Assembly (NCBI RefSeq): GCF_019163035.1
Contig: NZ_JAFLKV010000015.1
Location: 1,282-65,281 of the forward strand
Direction: 5' to 3'
DNA: 64,000 bases
Origin: Sulfuricurvum sp.
GTDB lineage: Bacteria > Campylobacterota > Campylobacteria > Campylobacterales > Sulfurimonadaceae
Part shown: positions 39,950 to 51,100 of the stretch, in pieces
Layout of the letters: every line of letters starts with the position of its first letter
Numbering within the stretch: the first letter of the stretch is position 1
Translations under genes and position numbers: made by a program
Notes under the pieces: generated by a model
Seen by the model: the letters and a program-made list of their open reading frames with translations, nothing else
Told to the model about the DNA's origin: nothing
The model's database searches: none

Positions 39950-41659
39950 TTAAGGCTCCATAACTGATACCGCTTTACGCTCATGAAAATTGAAATGACG
40001 TTCCAAATCAGAATTGTGAAGAAGAACGGGGACAACCACGAGTGATGCGATGACGGCGGCTATTGTACCAAAAATCAGTGAAACTCCAAGCCCTCCGAAG
40101 ACCGCATCACTGGCTAAAAGGGTTGAAGCAAGGATAATTGCTGCTGCGGTAAGAAAAATAGGTTTTGCACGAGTTGCGGCAGCATACGCGATTGCCTCAT
40201 TTTTATTCATTCCTTTATCAATCATCAATGATTTGGTAAAATCGATTAATAGTAGTGAGTTACGAGAACTGATACCGATAAGGGCGATAAACCCGATCAA
40301 GGAAGTTGCCGTTAGAAAGAATGTATCGGAGGTAAAGATATCGACAACACCATGCCCGACGATAACTCCGATAATTGAGAGGAAACTCCCTAACAAAACG
40401 ATACCGCTAAGGATAAAGCTTTTATAATATATAACCATGAGTAAGAAAATGAGGATGAGTGCCGCGATAAATGCACCGCCGAGATCGACAAATGTATCGA
40501 GCGTTACTTTCATCTCTCCATCCCATTTGAGTTCATACATATTTTTGGTTTTTTTGTCTACGAGCTTAAGGTTGAACAATCCGGTTTTGGTGATCTCATA
40601 TTCGTCGCTGAACGTATCGAGAATCACATTTCGAGCCGCCATCAGTGGATAGACTTGTGAGACCATATCAGTTTCGGCTAGAACGTTGGTCATTTGGTGC
40701 AGATCTTTTGACATAATCATCGGATTCGATTTGACAGGGACGATTTCGACCACTTCGGTAATCGGTACCATCATCCCCATTTGATTAAGGAGGGTGAGAG
40801 AGGTGAGTTTCATCTCAATAGCGAGTTTGTCGCGCGAGGCAAACTTTTTCCCCTCAGGTGTCAAAGTAAGAAAAATTGGGATTTGGTCAGTTGCATTTTG
40901 AGAGTTTTTAACGGCAACCCCCATCCCCTCGAATGCAAGATACAACACGTCATTAACATGTTTAACATCCAGTGCTGAACGGGTAATTTTATCGGTGTTA
41001 ACCCGAATTTCAAATTTATCGTAGATTTCATCTTGCATGATATCTATATCGACAAGCCCTTCGGTTTTATGGAAAACACCTTCGATACGGTTACTGAGAT
41101 GGCGGATCCCTTCAGGGGAGTTTCCATAAACTTCAGCAACGACAGCCGCCATTGTTGGAGGACCTGCCGGTGGCTCAACAAATTTAATGTTGGTTTGGGG
41201 GTAGATGTTTCCGCACTGTTTGACAATCACGGGGCGGAGGCGTTGCACCATCATATAAGAGGGTTCAGAACGATCATGTTTTTTGGTGAGATTTACTACC
41301 ACTTCGGCAACATTTTCACTGTTTTTAAAGTGTGATCCTTTGATAAGACCCGCGAAGTCGAGAGGAGAACCGGATCCTAAGAAAACTTCCGCATCGAGCA
41401 TCTCAGATTCATTCTGTAAAATTTTGACGGCACAATCACTTATTTGGCGGGTTTGCTCGATTGAACTGCCATTGGCTAAGTCGATATAGACACTGTATGT
41501 GTCGTTGTTTTTCCCTGGTAGCATTTTGGCGAGAACCAGTTTGGTCGGGATGAGGGCAACGGCAAAAACAAACGCTAGTAACGTTCCTAATAATATTTTT
41601 TTCTTTTTGGAAGGTGATTCCAAAAGATCGAGCAAATAGTTTTCAAATTTTTTATACAT
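39950..41659 (-). CDS. RND efflux permease, C-terminal half (split AcrB-like)
   Basis: PPAGPP, WDGE, GFIALIGISSRNSLLLIDF, RAKPIFLT. It has its own GGAG RBS and a TAATG overlap with the upstream half. Confidence 0.88.
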   Translation of the reverse strand: MYKKFENYLLDLLESPSKKKKILLGTLLAFVFAVALIPTKLVLAKMLPGKNNDTYSVYIDLANGSSIEQTRQISDCAVKILQNESEMLDAEVFLGSGSPLDFAGLIKGSHFKNSENVAEVVVNLTKKHDRSEPSYMMVQRLRPVIVKQCGNIYPQTNIKFVEPPAGPPTMAAVVAEVYGNSPEGIRHLSNRIEGVFHKTEGLVDIDIMQDEIYDKFEIRVNTDKITRSALDVKHVNDVLYLAFEGMGVAVKNSQNATDQIPIFLTLTPEGKKFASRDKLAIEMKLTSLTLLNQMGMMVPITEVVEIVPVKSNPMIMSKDLHQMTNVLAETDMVSQVYPLMAARNVILDTFSDEYEITKTGLFNLKLVDKKTKNMYELKWDGEMKVTLDTFVDLGGAFIAALILIFLLMVIYYKSFILSGIVLLGSFLSIIGVIVGHGVVDIFTSDTFFLTATSLIGFIALIGISSRNSLLLIDFTKSLMIDKGMNKNEAIAYAAATRAKPIFLTAAAIILASTLLASDAVFGGLGVSLIFGTIAAVIASLVVVPVLLHNSDLERHFNFHERKAVSVMEP

Positions 41660-43248
41660 TAGTGCGATTCTCCGTGGGGGGCGGGTTTTTTCAAAAGGCG
41701 TATCGCCAAATACGGAGTAAAGATATAGGCGACAAAGAGTGAAGCGACGAGGGCAACGGGGACGTTAGCGGGGATCGGTTTCATAAACTGCCCCATCATT
41801 TGTCCGACAAACGCCATCGGTACCATCGTGAGGATGATCGCTAAGGTCGCGATATTGGTCGGTGCCCCGATCTCGTCGGTTGCTTCGATCATTAGCTCAT
41901 CAGCATCACGCAAATGTGCATCAGGTGCATGGAAATGGCGATGAATATTTTCGATAACGATGATTGCTGCATCGACCAAAAGTCCTAAACTCAGGAGGAA
42001 TGCAAAGAGGGTGATACGGTTGATGGTTTGTCCTGTAATATAGGCGATAAAGAGGGTAATTGCCAAGATCGCCGGAACGGTGAACGTAACGATCAGTGAT
42101 TCACGCCAGCCCAAGACAAAGATGAGCAAAATAGCGATAATGACGATAGAGAGGAGGAGGTGAAATACAAGTTCGTTAACCGCTTCATCGGCACGTTCTC
42201 CATCATTTCGGGTAATGACGTAGTTTATCCCCTCTGCGTTCATTTGCTCTTTGTATTTTTCGAGCTCTTCTTTAACTGCATCGGCAATGTTAACGGCATT
42301 GGTTCCTTGGAGTTTCGAGACGGTCAGGGTGATTTGATCTTTGAGCGGTGAGAATTTGCCATCTTCCCCTTTGACACTCACGAGTGCCGACTTGAAGTTT
42401 TGGATATCGCTCCCTGCACTGATGGTAGCAACATCACGTAGATAGATTGCCGATCCACCGTATTGGGCAACGATGATATTGCCGACATCTTCGACACTCT
42501 CGATGGCATTTCGAACCCCAATCATGACGATTTTATTGTCTACGGTTTTCCCTTTAATCTCAGGGACGTTATAGGCGAGTGACTGTGTCGCCATAACGAT
42601 TTGACCAAGAGAGAGGTTGTAACCGCTGAGACGGTTCATATCGACCAAAACATTGTATTGATGTTTTTTAGCCCCTTTAATATCGGTTACGGCGACATTT
42701 GGGAGACCGTTGATATGGTGTTGAATTTCTTTGACGTGATCGTAAAGAATCGTAGGATCCATTTTGGGGTTATTGGAGTAAAACGCTACGGAGACGATGG
42801 GGATATCAACATCGATGTCGAGCGGTTTGATGATTGGTTGCATAGCTCCCTTGGGGAGGATACTCATGTTTTGCATGATTTTGTCATAAATTTTGAGGTT
42901 AGAGTCCTCTTTGGCTTCACCGATATAAAATGCGGCATTGATAACGGCAACATTATCCATTGCCATACCGTGAAGGTGCTCGATCCCTTTGATCTCTTTG
43001 AGTTTTCTCTCTAGAGGTTTCACGATAACGTTTTCAACTTCGCTGGCGGTAGCACCTGGGAGGGCGATGATAACGGTAGATCCACTAACGACCATTTGCG
43101 GATTCTCTTCACGCGGCATAAGCATAAGAGCTATATAGCCGATAACGAATAGAAAAACCCCTAATATCGGGGTGAGAGGATTACGTAAAAACCCTTTGGC
43201 AAGTTTTCCCGCCGAGTCTTTAGGCTGATAAGAGTTAGGAGCGTGCAT
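41659..43248 (-). CDS. RND efflux permease, N-terminal half
   Basis: PREENP, LPGATASEVE, GLLVDAAIIVIENI.RH, PTNIATL. Confidence 0.88.
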   Translation of the reverse strand: MHAPNSYQPKDSAGKLAKGFLRNPLTPILGVFLFVIGYIALMLMPREENPQMVVSGSTVIIALPGATASEVENVIVKPLERKLKEIKGIEHLHGMAMDNVAVINAAFYIGEAKEDSNLKIYDKIMQNMSILPKGAMQPIIKPLDIDVDIPIVSVAFYSNNPKMDPTILYDHVKEIQHHINGLPNVAVTDIKGAKKHQYNVLVDMNRLSGYNLSLGQIVMATQSLAYNVPEIKGKTVDNKIVMIGVRNAIESVEDVGNIIVAQYGGSAIYLRDVATISAGSDIQNFKSALVSVKGEDGKFSPLKDQITLTVSKLQGTNAVNIADAVKEELEKYKEQMNAEGINYVITRNDGERADEAVNELVFHLLLSIVIIAILLIFVLGWRESLIVTFTVPAILAITLFIAYITGQTINRITLFAFLLSLGLLVDAAIIVIENIHRHFHAPDAHLRDADELMIEATDEIGAPTNIATLAIILTMVPMAFVGQMMGQFMKPIPANVPVALVASLFVAYIFTPYLAIRLLKKPAPHGESH

Positions 43249-43256
43249 CAGTCCTC

Positions 43257-44042
43257 CTATTCGATTTCGACAGTAGCGTACATACCCGGATAAACGGTTT
43301 GTTTGGCACTGAATGAGACTTTGATTTTAAAGGTGTGCGTCATCGGGTTAGAGCTTGGGACAATTGCACTTACTTTGCCGATTCCGATATAACCGACGGA
43401 TGGGACAGAAATTTTAACTTTTTTACCGACAGGGACGAGTTTAAGATTGTTTTCTGCCACTTCGACTTCGATTTTAAGAGCGTTCAAATCGGACAACACT
43501 ATGGCAGGCATCCCCGGCATTGCCATCTCACCCACTTTGATGTTTTTAGCAACAACGACACCACTGTTAGGTGCGGTGATACGGAGGTAGTTGTATTGAT
43601 TATCGACTTCTTTGAGACGCGCTTTGGCTTGGTTTACTTGACGCTCACCGATTGAGATCATGTTTTGGAGGTTTTTACGAGAGAGTTCAAGATTTTCCAC
43701 TTCGAATTTTGAGACCATATCTTGTGCCAAGAGACGTTTGTTACGCTCCAAATTTAACTCCAAATTCGCATATTGATTTTGGTACATTTGTAACGAAAGC
43801 TCTGCTTGTGCAATGCCCAGTTCCACTTGGGTTTTAGCCGAATCGATCTCTTTGGAATCGATGGTGTACAAAAGCTGCCCTTTAGAGACGCGTGAGCCCT
43901 CAGAGACGTTTACACCGGTGACAAACCCCATGTTGCGGCTAGTGATCATTTTTTGGTTATCGCTGATAACGCTTCCTGAGAGTACAAGCCCTGCGGCACT
44001 GAGAGTAGAGGCTAGGGCGAGAGAGGTGATCCAAAATTTCAT
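43257..44042 (-). CDS. RND periplasmic adaptor (membrane fusion protein)
   Basis: Lipoyl-like halves (V.EG..V.KGQLL; ITAPNSGVV) around a coiled coil. PGMYA. Confidence 0.9.
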   Translation of the reverse strand: MKFWITSLALASTLSAAGLVLSGSVISDNQKMITSRNMGFVTGVNVSEGSRVSKGQLLYTIDSKEIDSAKTQVELGIAQAELSLQMYQNQYANLELNLERNKRLLAQDMVSKFEVENLELSRKNLQNMISIGERQVNQAKARLKEVDNQYNYLRITAPNSGVVVAKNIKVGEMAMPGMPAIVLSDLNALKIEVEVAENNLKLVPVGKKVKISVPSVGYIGIGKVSAIVPSSNPMTHTFKIKVSFSAKQTVYPGMYATVEIE

Positions 44043-45409
44043 TATTTAACTCCGTTACTTAGTTTTTCGAGGGCGAAAATGCGCTCGTTGCGTTTATTTT
44101 TTACCATTTGAAGGTTGAGAACTTTTTCGATTTGCATGGACTGTTTGATAATAACATCGCTCATGGATGCGAGGTGTTCATGGTAACGTCCCTCGTAATT
44201 TTTATAGATTTGATCCGCTAACTCTTGCTCTTTTTCCAAACTATTGACTTGAGAATTGAGACTTTCAATCTCAGTGCGGATTTTATCGTATTGTAGAGCA
44301 ACCCCTTTTTTGGCTAATTCCACTTGGGTCGTTGTTTTTATCTTTTCGATACGGGCTTTTTCCAGTGCGTTTTTGTCGATTCCGCCGTTAAAGAGGTTCC
44401 AACTGAGTTTTGCACCGACCGTGTAGGCTTTGTGATCGTTGAAATTTCCTAAAAAGGTATCATCGGCGCTGGAAGCTTCAGCAAATGCTCCGACTTGAGG
44501 GAGAAACGGTGCGTAGGCAACATCGACCATGCGATCACGAATCTCTAACCCTTGAGATGCTTTTTTGAGATCGGTATTGTTGGCCAAGACGTCGGCTTCG
44601 TTAATACCTGAAGCGGGGTAATCATTGGCCGGAAGTTCAATTTCGGTGATGGGGGTGTTGAGCAAGAAGCTGAGATAGTGGTAGAGAAGTTTTTTGTTCG
44701 CTTCCATCTCAGTGAGGCTTCGTTCGACATTCGCTTTGCGGGCTTCGACTTCGAGAAGATCCACTTTTTTCGCGTATCCCTCTTGCACCATCATCTGGGT
44801 TGTACGCTCTAGCGTCGAGATATTTTTATGAATGGTACTCATGTGATCGATGGAGTTTTGGAGCAGTGCCATATCGTAATAGCTTTTGCGCAGTTCATAC
44901 CGTTTTTCCGTTTTCATCTGTTCGGCATCGAGTTTTTTGATCTCCTCCATCCGTTCACTGATGTCCCCGTAAGCACTGAGTTTTCCACCGACAAAGAGGG
45001 GAACCATATAGGTGAGTTTCGTTTGATAGTAGTTCTGATAACCGGGATAGTTAAGATCTTTGGGCTGTGTTGCAAGAAGTTGTTGCATCGGGGTAGAACC
45101 TGTCATATCAAATTCATTAAAACCAAAATCTCCAAAACTGGCTTGGCGTGAACTGAGTTTAAAGCCGAATACATTTCCGGCTTCATTCGAACGCATTGCA
45201 CTTTGGGTCAAATCGAGTGAACCGAAGTTATACCCTTTGGCGATTGAGGTATCGCTTTGGGCACTTTGGAGATCGAGGGCAGACGTTTTGATTTCAAGGT
45301 TATTGGTGTCCAAAATTTCCAGTGCGGCAGGGAGTGAGAGACCTGAGCCGAATAGGTGGCATGATCCGATAAAGAGCGATGCGCTGAAAATACGCGAAAG
45401 GGTACTCAT
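44042..45409 (-). CDS. TolC-family outer membrane efflux protein
   Basis: Signal peptide, PLFVGG and WNLFNGG strand motifs, long helices. First gene of the efflux operon. Confidence 0.88.
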   Translation of the reverse strand: MSTLSRIFSASLFIGSCHLFGSGLSLPAALEILDTNNLEIKTSALDLQSAQSDTSIAKGYNFGSLDLTQSAMRSNEAGNVFGFKLSSRQASFGDFGFNEFDMTGSTPMQQLLATQPKDLNYPGYQNYYQTKLTYMVPLFVGGKLSAYGDISERMEEIKKLDAEQMKTEKRYELRKSYYDMALLQNSIDHMSTIHKNISTLERTTQMMVQEGYAKKVDLLEVEARKANVERSLTEMEANKKLLYHYLSFLLNTPITEIELPANDYPASGINEADVLANNTDLKKASQGLEIRDRMVDVAYAPFLPQVGAFAEASSADDTFLGNFNDHKAYTVGAKLSWNLFNGGIDKNALEKARIEKIKTTTQVELAKKGVALQYDKIRTEIESLNSQVNSLEKEQELADQIYKNYEGRYHEHLASMSDVIIKQSMQIEKVLNLQMVKNKRNERIFALEKLSNGVK

Positions 45410-45611
45410 AAACAGGTTTCCTTGTGATGTATTTGTGATTATAATCAGTAATATAAGGTTTATTATACACTTTAACGTATTTATTAGAGCTAAAAACCCT
45501 AAAAATTGAGCCGCATAAATGAGAAAAATAATACAATAAGTGACACAAGGTTTGAAATTCGCGCCACTTTCGGGTAAAATTCGCCCACTACAAGATCAGA
45601 AAAGGTTTTTC

Positions 45612-46178
45612 ATGGCAACAATCGGTATGGGTGATATCAAAAAAGGTGTACGTTTGGAGATTACGGGCGTTCCGTATAAAGTCGTCGAGTTCCAACACGT
45701 CAAACCCGGCAAAGGGGCGGCATTTGTCCGTTGTAAAGTAAAGAGCTTTTTGAACGGAAAAGTGATCGAAAAAACGATCCATGCGGGGGATAAATTCGAA
45801 GTTCCGAATCTTGTTCACACAACAATGCAATTTTTGTATGATGATGGCGAAATGCTCCAATTTATGGATAATGAAAGCTATGAGCAACTAGGTCTAACTT
45901 ACGATCAATGTGAAGATGCAATGAAATGGATCAAAGACGGTACCAGCGTTCAAATGATCTTCCACAACGGCAATGCTATCAGTGTTGAAGCTCCTGAAAT
46001 TATGGAACTCAAAATCGTTGAAACTCCACCAAACTTCAAAGGTGACACGTCAAGCGGTTCTAAAAAACCGGCTACTTTGGAAACAGGTGCGGTGGTACAA
46101 GTTCCTTACCATGTTCTTGAGGGTGATATCATTAAAGTTAACACCGTTGAGGGTGAATACATGGAGAAAGTGAAGTAA
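45612..46178 (+). CDS. efp: Elongation factor P
   Basis: [18 protein letters not shown]. The likely start is ATG 45612. Confidence 0.97.
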   Translation: MATIGMGDIKKGVRLEITGVPYKVVEFQHVKPGKGAAFVRCKVKSFLNGKVIEKTIHAGDKFEVPNLVHTTMQFLYDDGEMLQFMDNESYEQLGLTYDQCEDAMKWIKDGTSVQMIFHNGNAISVEAPEIMELKIVETPPNFKGDTSSGSKKPATLETGAVVQVPYHVLEGDIIKVNTVEGEYMEKVK

Positions 46179-46195
46179 TTCACGCTCCACTTTTC

Positions 46196-46226
46196 TGTTC
46201 GTGGTGAGCTAGTCGAACCATGAACA
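46196..46226 (+). repeat. REP-like palindromic element
   Basis: TGTTCGTGGT-GAGCTAGTCGA-ACCATGAACA, 10-bp arms with one G-U pair. Confidence 0.55.
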
Positions 46227-46315
46227 AATCCCTACTTTAATCCTCATATTTTCTTAATTCAGTGTACAATAACAACCTAATAATCATCCGAAAATATATG
46301 AAATAAGGAAAAACT

Positions 46316-46882
46316 ATGTCATGTGTTTTAGTCTCTATCGCAGAAGGTTTTGAAGAGATTGAAGCGATTGCTATTATTGATGTTTTGCGCCGTGCCGACA
46401 TCGAAGTGATTATGGGAACATTAAACGAACATCTGATGGTGAGCGGGGCGCACGGGATTACGATCCATGCGGATCGTCCGGTTAAAGGACTGAGCGTTGA
46501 TGAACTCGATATGATTGTTCTCCCCGGTGGATGGAGAGGGACGAAAGCCCTTGCCGCAGATGTCAATATTCAAAACCTCCTTAAAGCGATGGATGCAAAA
46601 GGAAAAGCCATTGGTGCTATCTGTGCCGCACCGTATGCTCTCGAAGCCGCAGGGGTGCTTAAAGAGGGGTATACGTGCTATCCCGGTATCGAAGATGAAC
46701 TCACTACCGATGGATTTGTCGGAGATAAACACGCCGTTGTCGAAAGTGGCAATGTGATGACCTCGCGAGGGCCTGGGACGGCGATTTGTTTTGCGCTGGC
46801 AATTGTCAAAAAATTATCAGGCAATGAAACCTATGAAAGACTTCGCGGCGGGTTATTAGCCGATTATTGTGCGTCGATTTAG
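46316..46882 (+). CDS. DJ-1/PfpI family protein (YajL/ThiJ-like)
   Basis: GFEEIEA, IVLPGG, AICAAP, TSRGPGTA. Confidence 0.93.
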   Translation: MSCVLVSIAEGFEEIEAIAIIDVLRRADIEVIMGTLNEHLMVSGAHGITIHADRPVKGLSVDELDMIVLPGGWRGTKALAADVNIQNLLKAMDAKGKAIGAICAAPYALEAAGVLKEGYTCYPGIEDELTTDGFVGDKHAVVESGNVMTSRGPGTAICFALAIVKKLSGNETYERLRGGLLADYCASI

Positions 46883-47618
46883 TCTTATTTTTCCGCTCAT
46901 CTCCTCGTTGGCGTGGGGGGAGATACACTTATCTCCAAGCGAACACTATACCCAAGAGCAAGCCAAAGAGTATTGTCGCTATCTTGGCGATTCATGGCGG
47001 ATGATGTCGATCAAAGAGCTGTTTAGCCTCCCAAAAACGACTCCCTTTGTCGAAGGATTTAGTTTTTGGTCATCGAACCGAGGAGCTTCTGACAATACCG
47101 AAATAGGGACGGGAAGTGAGGGTGATGGGGGGATTGTCGCGATGCTCGGATACAGTTTTTATCCCAAAGAGCGCAACATTTCCCTCTCTCCGCCGACCAA
47201 AAAAATTGCCGCAGCGTGTATCAATGCTCCTGAACCGACATCAGAACACCATTACCGAATAACACCGGAGGGGGTAGAAGATAAAGATTCGCTCTTAGTG
47301 TGGCATTCACTTGAAGCGACTGATAAACGGGCTAAATTCACGTATGAAAAAGCGAAAGAGGGATGTGAAAATCTGACGTTAGGGGGGCGCTCATGGCGTC
47401 TACCGACAACCGATGAACTCTACGGAATTGTTGATTATGCCTATAATCGTCCGAGTGTCGATATGAAATATTTTGGAGCAATGATGCATCGTTATTACTG
47501 GAGCAGTGAGAGTTTAAACGCGCAAGAAGCGTATGTTGTTGGGTTTAAGCTCGGTTCTGTTGCGACGGTCAATAAAATAGAGACAGCGTACGTGCGTTGT
47601 GTAAGCGACTGGAATTAA
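46869..47618 (+). CDS. Secreted DUF1566 (Lcl C-terminal-like) domain protein
   Basis: Signal peptide. A..C..L.LGGRSWRLPT.DEL, YYWSS, YVRCV. A degenerate N-terminal copy (AKEYC..LG.SWR) is also present. Confidence 0.78.
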   Translation: MRRFSLIFPLISSLAWGEIHLSPSEHYTQEQAKEYCRYLGDSWRMMSIKELFSLPKTTPFVEGFSFWSSNRGASDNTEIGTGSEGDGGIVAMLGYSFYPKERNISLSPPTKKIAAACINAPEPTSEHHYRITPEGVEDKDSLLVWHSLEATDKRAKFTYEKAKEGCENLTLGGRSWRLPTTDELYGIVDYAYNRPSVDMKYFGAMMHRYYWSSESLNAQEAYVVGFKLGSVATVNKIETAYVRCVSDWN

Positions 47619-48065
47619 ATGAAAATTTTAGTCGATGCCGATGCGTTCCCTAACGCACTCAAAGAGATTTTGCTTAGAGCTGTACTAAAACGCAAAATAA
47701 CCACTATTTTTATCGCCAATAAACGAATCGGTATCCCTGATGTCGCGCATGTCTCGATGGAAGTTGTAGCACAAGGACCCGATGAAGCCGATCATCGTAT
47801 CGCAGAGCTGTGCGAAGCGTGTGATATCGTTATTACGGCTGATATTCCTCTCGCGGATCGGATCGTTACCAAAGGCTCAGTCGGGCTTGATCCACGCGGG
47901 ACGATTTACGATGAGAATAACATCAAACATCTCCTCGCGATGCGTAATCTGATGGAGGAGTTACGCAATAACGGTGAGATCACGGGTGGTCCGAGTGCTA
48001 TCGGGGAAAAAACGGTTCGAGCGTTTGCGGACGGGTTAAATAAATTGCTTTCAAAGAGGTTCTAA
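47619..48065 (+). CDS. YaiI/YqxD (UPF0178) family protein
   Basis: ILVDADA, DEAD, VITADIPLA, GGP. Confidence 0.9.
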   Translation: MKILVDADAFPNALKEILLRAVLKRKITTIFIANKRIGIPDVAHVSMEVVAQGPDEADHRIAELCEACDIVITADIPLADRIVTKGSVGLDPRGTIYDENNIKHLLAMRNLMEELRNNGEITGGPSAIGEKTVRAFADGLNKLLSKRF

Positions 48066-48125
48066 AAGCTCCTCTTTACCCTCGGTAGATTATAATATTT
48101 TTACTTTTTTTCAAGGCATTTTTTA

Positions 48126-51100
48126 ATGAGCACCATCCCCCCGTTTACCCATTTGCATCTCCACACCGAATACTCACTTCTTGATGGTGCAAACAAAATA
48201 TCCGCGTTAGCCTCACGGGTAAAAGAACTGGGAATGACCTCGGTCGCGATGAGCGATCATGGGAATATGTTCGGAGCGATCGACTTTTATCAGCAGATGC
48301 GCGGAGCGGGACTGAAACCGATCATCGGGATGGAAGCCTACATCCATAACGGTGAGGATTTGGGAGATAAAACGATCAAACAGCGTTTTCACGTTTGTTT
48401 GTTTGCCAAAAACGAAGCGGGTTATAAAAACCTCATGTACCTCTCGTCTCAAGCCTATATCAACGGCTTTTACTACTTTCCCCGCATTAACAAACAGCTC
48501 CTTCGTGATAACTGTGAGGGGATCATTTGTACCTCTGCGTGTTTGCAAGGGGAGGTGAATTGGCATCTCAACACCAACAGTGAACGTAACGTTAAAAACG
48601 GGGCGTTAGGGTACGACGAAGCCAAACGGATCGCGTTAGAGTACAAAGAGATTTTCGGGGATGATTTTTACATGGAGATCATGCGCCACGGGATAGCCGA
48701 TCAGCTTTTTATCGACGAGCAAGTGATAAAAATCTCCCAAGAGACACAGATCAAACTCATCGCGACCAACGACACCCACTACACCTATGCGGGGGACGCT
48801 CAGTATCACGAAGCGTTTATGTGTATCGGGATGAATAAACTCTACGATGACCCCAAGCGTATGCGCCACTCCGTCCATGAGTTTTACATCAAATCCCCTG
48901 AGCAGATGGCACGGCTCTTTGCCGATATCCCAGAAGCGCTCTATAACACCCAAGAGATCGTCGATAAGTGCCAGCTCGAACTTAAACTCGGAAACCCGAC
49001 CCCACCGAACTTTAAATTTACGACCGAATACGCTCTCGAAGAGGGGCTAACTATCGAAGAGGATTCGGAGTATTTTATCCACCGCTGCCGAATCGGTTTG
49101 GAACTACGCCTCGAACACGTTCCAGAAGCGAGACATCAGGAGTATAGAGATCGTTTAGAGTTCGAGATGCAGGTGATCAACCAGATGAAATTCCCTGGCT
49201 ATATGCTTATCGTTTGGGATTTCGTCCGTGAAGCAAAACGGATGGGGATTGCCGTAGGCCCGGGGCGGGGATCGGCGGCGGGAAGTCTCGTCGCTTATAG
49301 TCTTGAGATCACCGATATCGACCCGATGAAATACGATTTGCTTTTTGAGCGTTTTCTCAATCCTGAACGGGTATCGATGCCCGATATCGATATGGACTTT
49401 ATGCAAGCGCGTCGCGGCGAGATCATCGATTACGTCGTACGTAAATACGGGCGGGAGCAGGTCGCACAGATCATTACGTTTGGTTCACTGTTAGCCAAAG
49501 GGGTTATCCGCGACGTTGCGCGTGTTTTGGAGATGCCCCTCTCCCAAGCCGATATGATGGCGAAACTGATCCCTGATGAGTTGGGGATCACGCTGAATGG
49601 AAAAACCAAAGGGGGAGAGTTCAAACCCGGAGCATTCCAAAAAGAGCCGAAGATTTCCGAACTGATTGATAGTGATCCTCACATAGCGCGTGTGTGGGAG
49701 TTTTCGAAAAAGCTTGAAGGACTCAAACGCAATGCGGGAATGCACGCGGCGGGAGTCGTTATCTCCAACGAACCGCTTTGGAAGAAAACCCCGATCTATA
49801 AACCCTCGGGGGAGGAGACGTTTGTTACTCAGTATTCGCTCAACTACCTCGAAGATATCGACCTGATTAAATTCGACTTCTTGGGACTTAAAACGCTCGA
49901 CGTTATCGACAATGCGATCAAACTGATTAAAAAACGGTACGACGTCGAGGTGAACTGGCATAAAATCGATGAGAATGATCCGAAAGTGTACGAGATTATC
50001 CAAAGCGGTGACACGATCGGGATGTTCCAGATCGAGAGTTCGGGGATGCAGGATTTGAACAAACGGCTCAAACCCAGCGTGTTCGAGGACTTGATTGCGG
50101 TACTCGCCCTCTATCGTCCGGGACCGATGGAATCGGGGATGTTGGATGACTTTATCGAACGTAAACACGGTCGTCAGGCGATTACCTACGTATTCGCCGC
50201 ACTGGAGCCGATCTTAAAACCGACCTATGGGGTTATCGTCTATCAAGAGCAGGTTATGCAGATCGTACAAACCATCGGGGGGATGAGCCTCGGCGGTGCG
50301 GACATCGTTCGTCGTGCGATGGGGAAAAAGAAACTCGAAGAGATGCAAAAATATAACCGTGAGTTTAGTGAAGGGGCTCAACAGCAGGGGCTAGACTACC
50401 AAAAAGCCTCCGAACTCTTTGACCTGATTGAGAAATTTGCCGGATACGGGTTTAACAAATCCCACTCTGCGGCGTACGCGATGGTTACGTTCCAAACCGC
50501 GTGGCTTAAAACCTACTACCCGCAAGAGTTTATGGCGGCACTACTCACCTCGGAGAAAGACAACACTGACAAAGTCGTCAAATACATCGACGAAGCCAAA
50601 CGGATGAAAATTTTCCTCGGCGCTCCCGATATCAACCACTCACAGCTCGAATTCTCCGCGATCAACAAAGACGGTCAGGATCAAATTCTTTTCGGTTTGG
50701 GTGCGATCAAAGGGGTCGGGGAAGCCGCGGTCGAGTCGATTCTCGAAGCACGAAGTGAGGGGGAGTTCAAAGATATCCAAGATTTCACCAACCGTATCGA
50801 ACCGCAAAAAGTGAACAAACGGGTGATCGAGTGCATCATCAAAGCGGGGGGACTGGATCATTTCGGCTATTCCCGACATGCGTTGTTGGAGCAGGTCGAA
50901 ACCCTCGTTGAGACGGCGAAAAAAGGGTCGTCTTTGAAAAAAGATGCCCAATTCAGCCTTTTCGGGGATGATGAAGAGGTGACGGCAGTCGAATTGAGCC
51001 TCAAAAACATGGATGAGTTTGACCTCAAAACCCTCCTCGATTTCGAGAAAGACACTCTCGGCTTCTACGTCTCCGGTCATCCGCTCGACAACTTCCGTGA

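Noticed and set aside
41655-41665. RND pseudogene caused by a frameshift
   Set aside because: The coupled TAATG junction with an RBS and two complete half-transporters fit a genuine split better.
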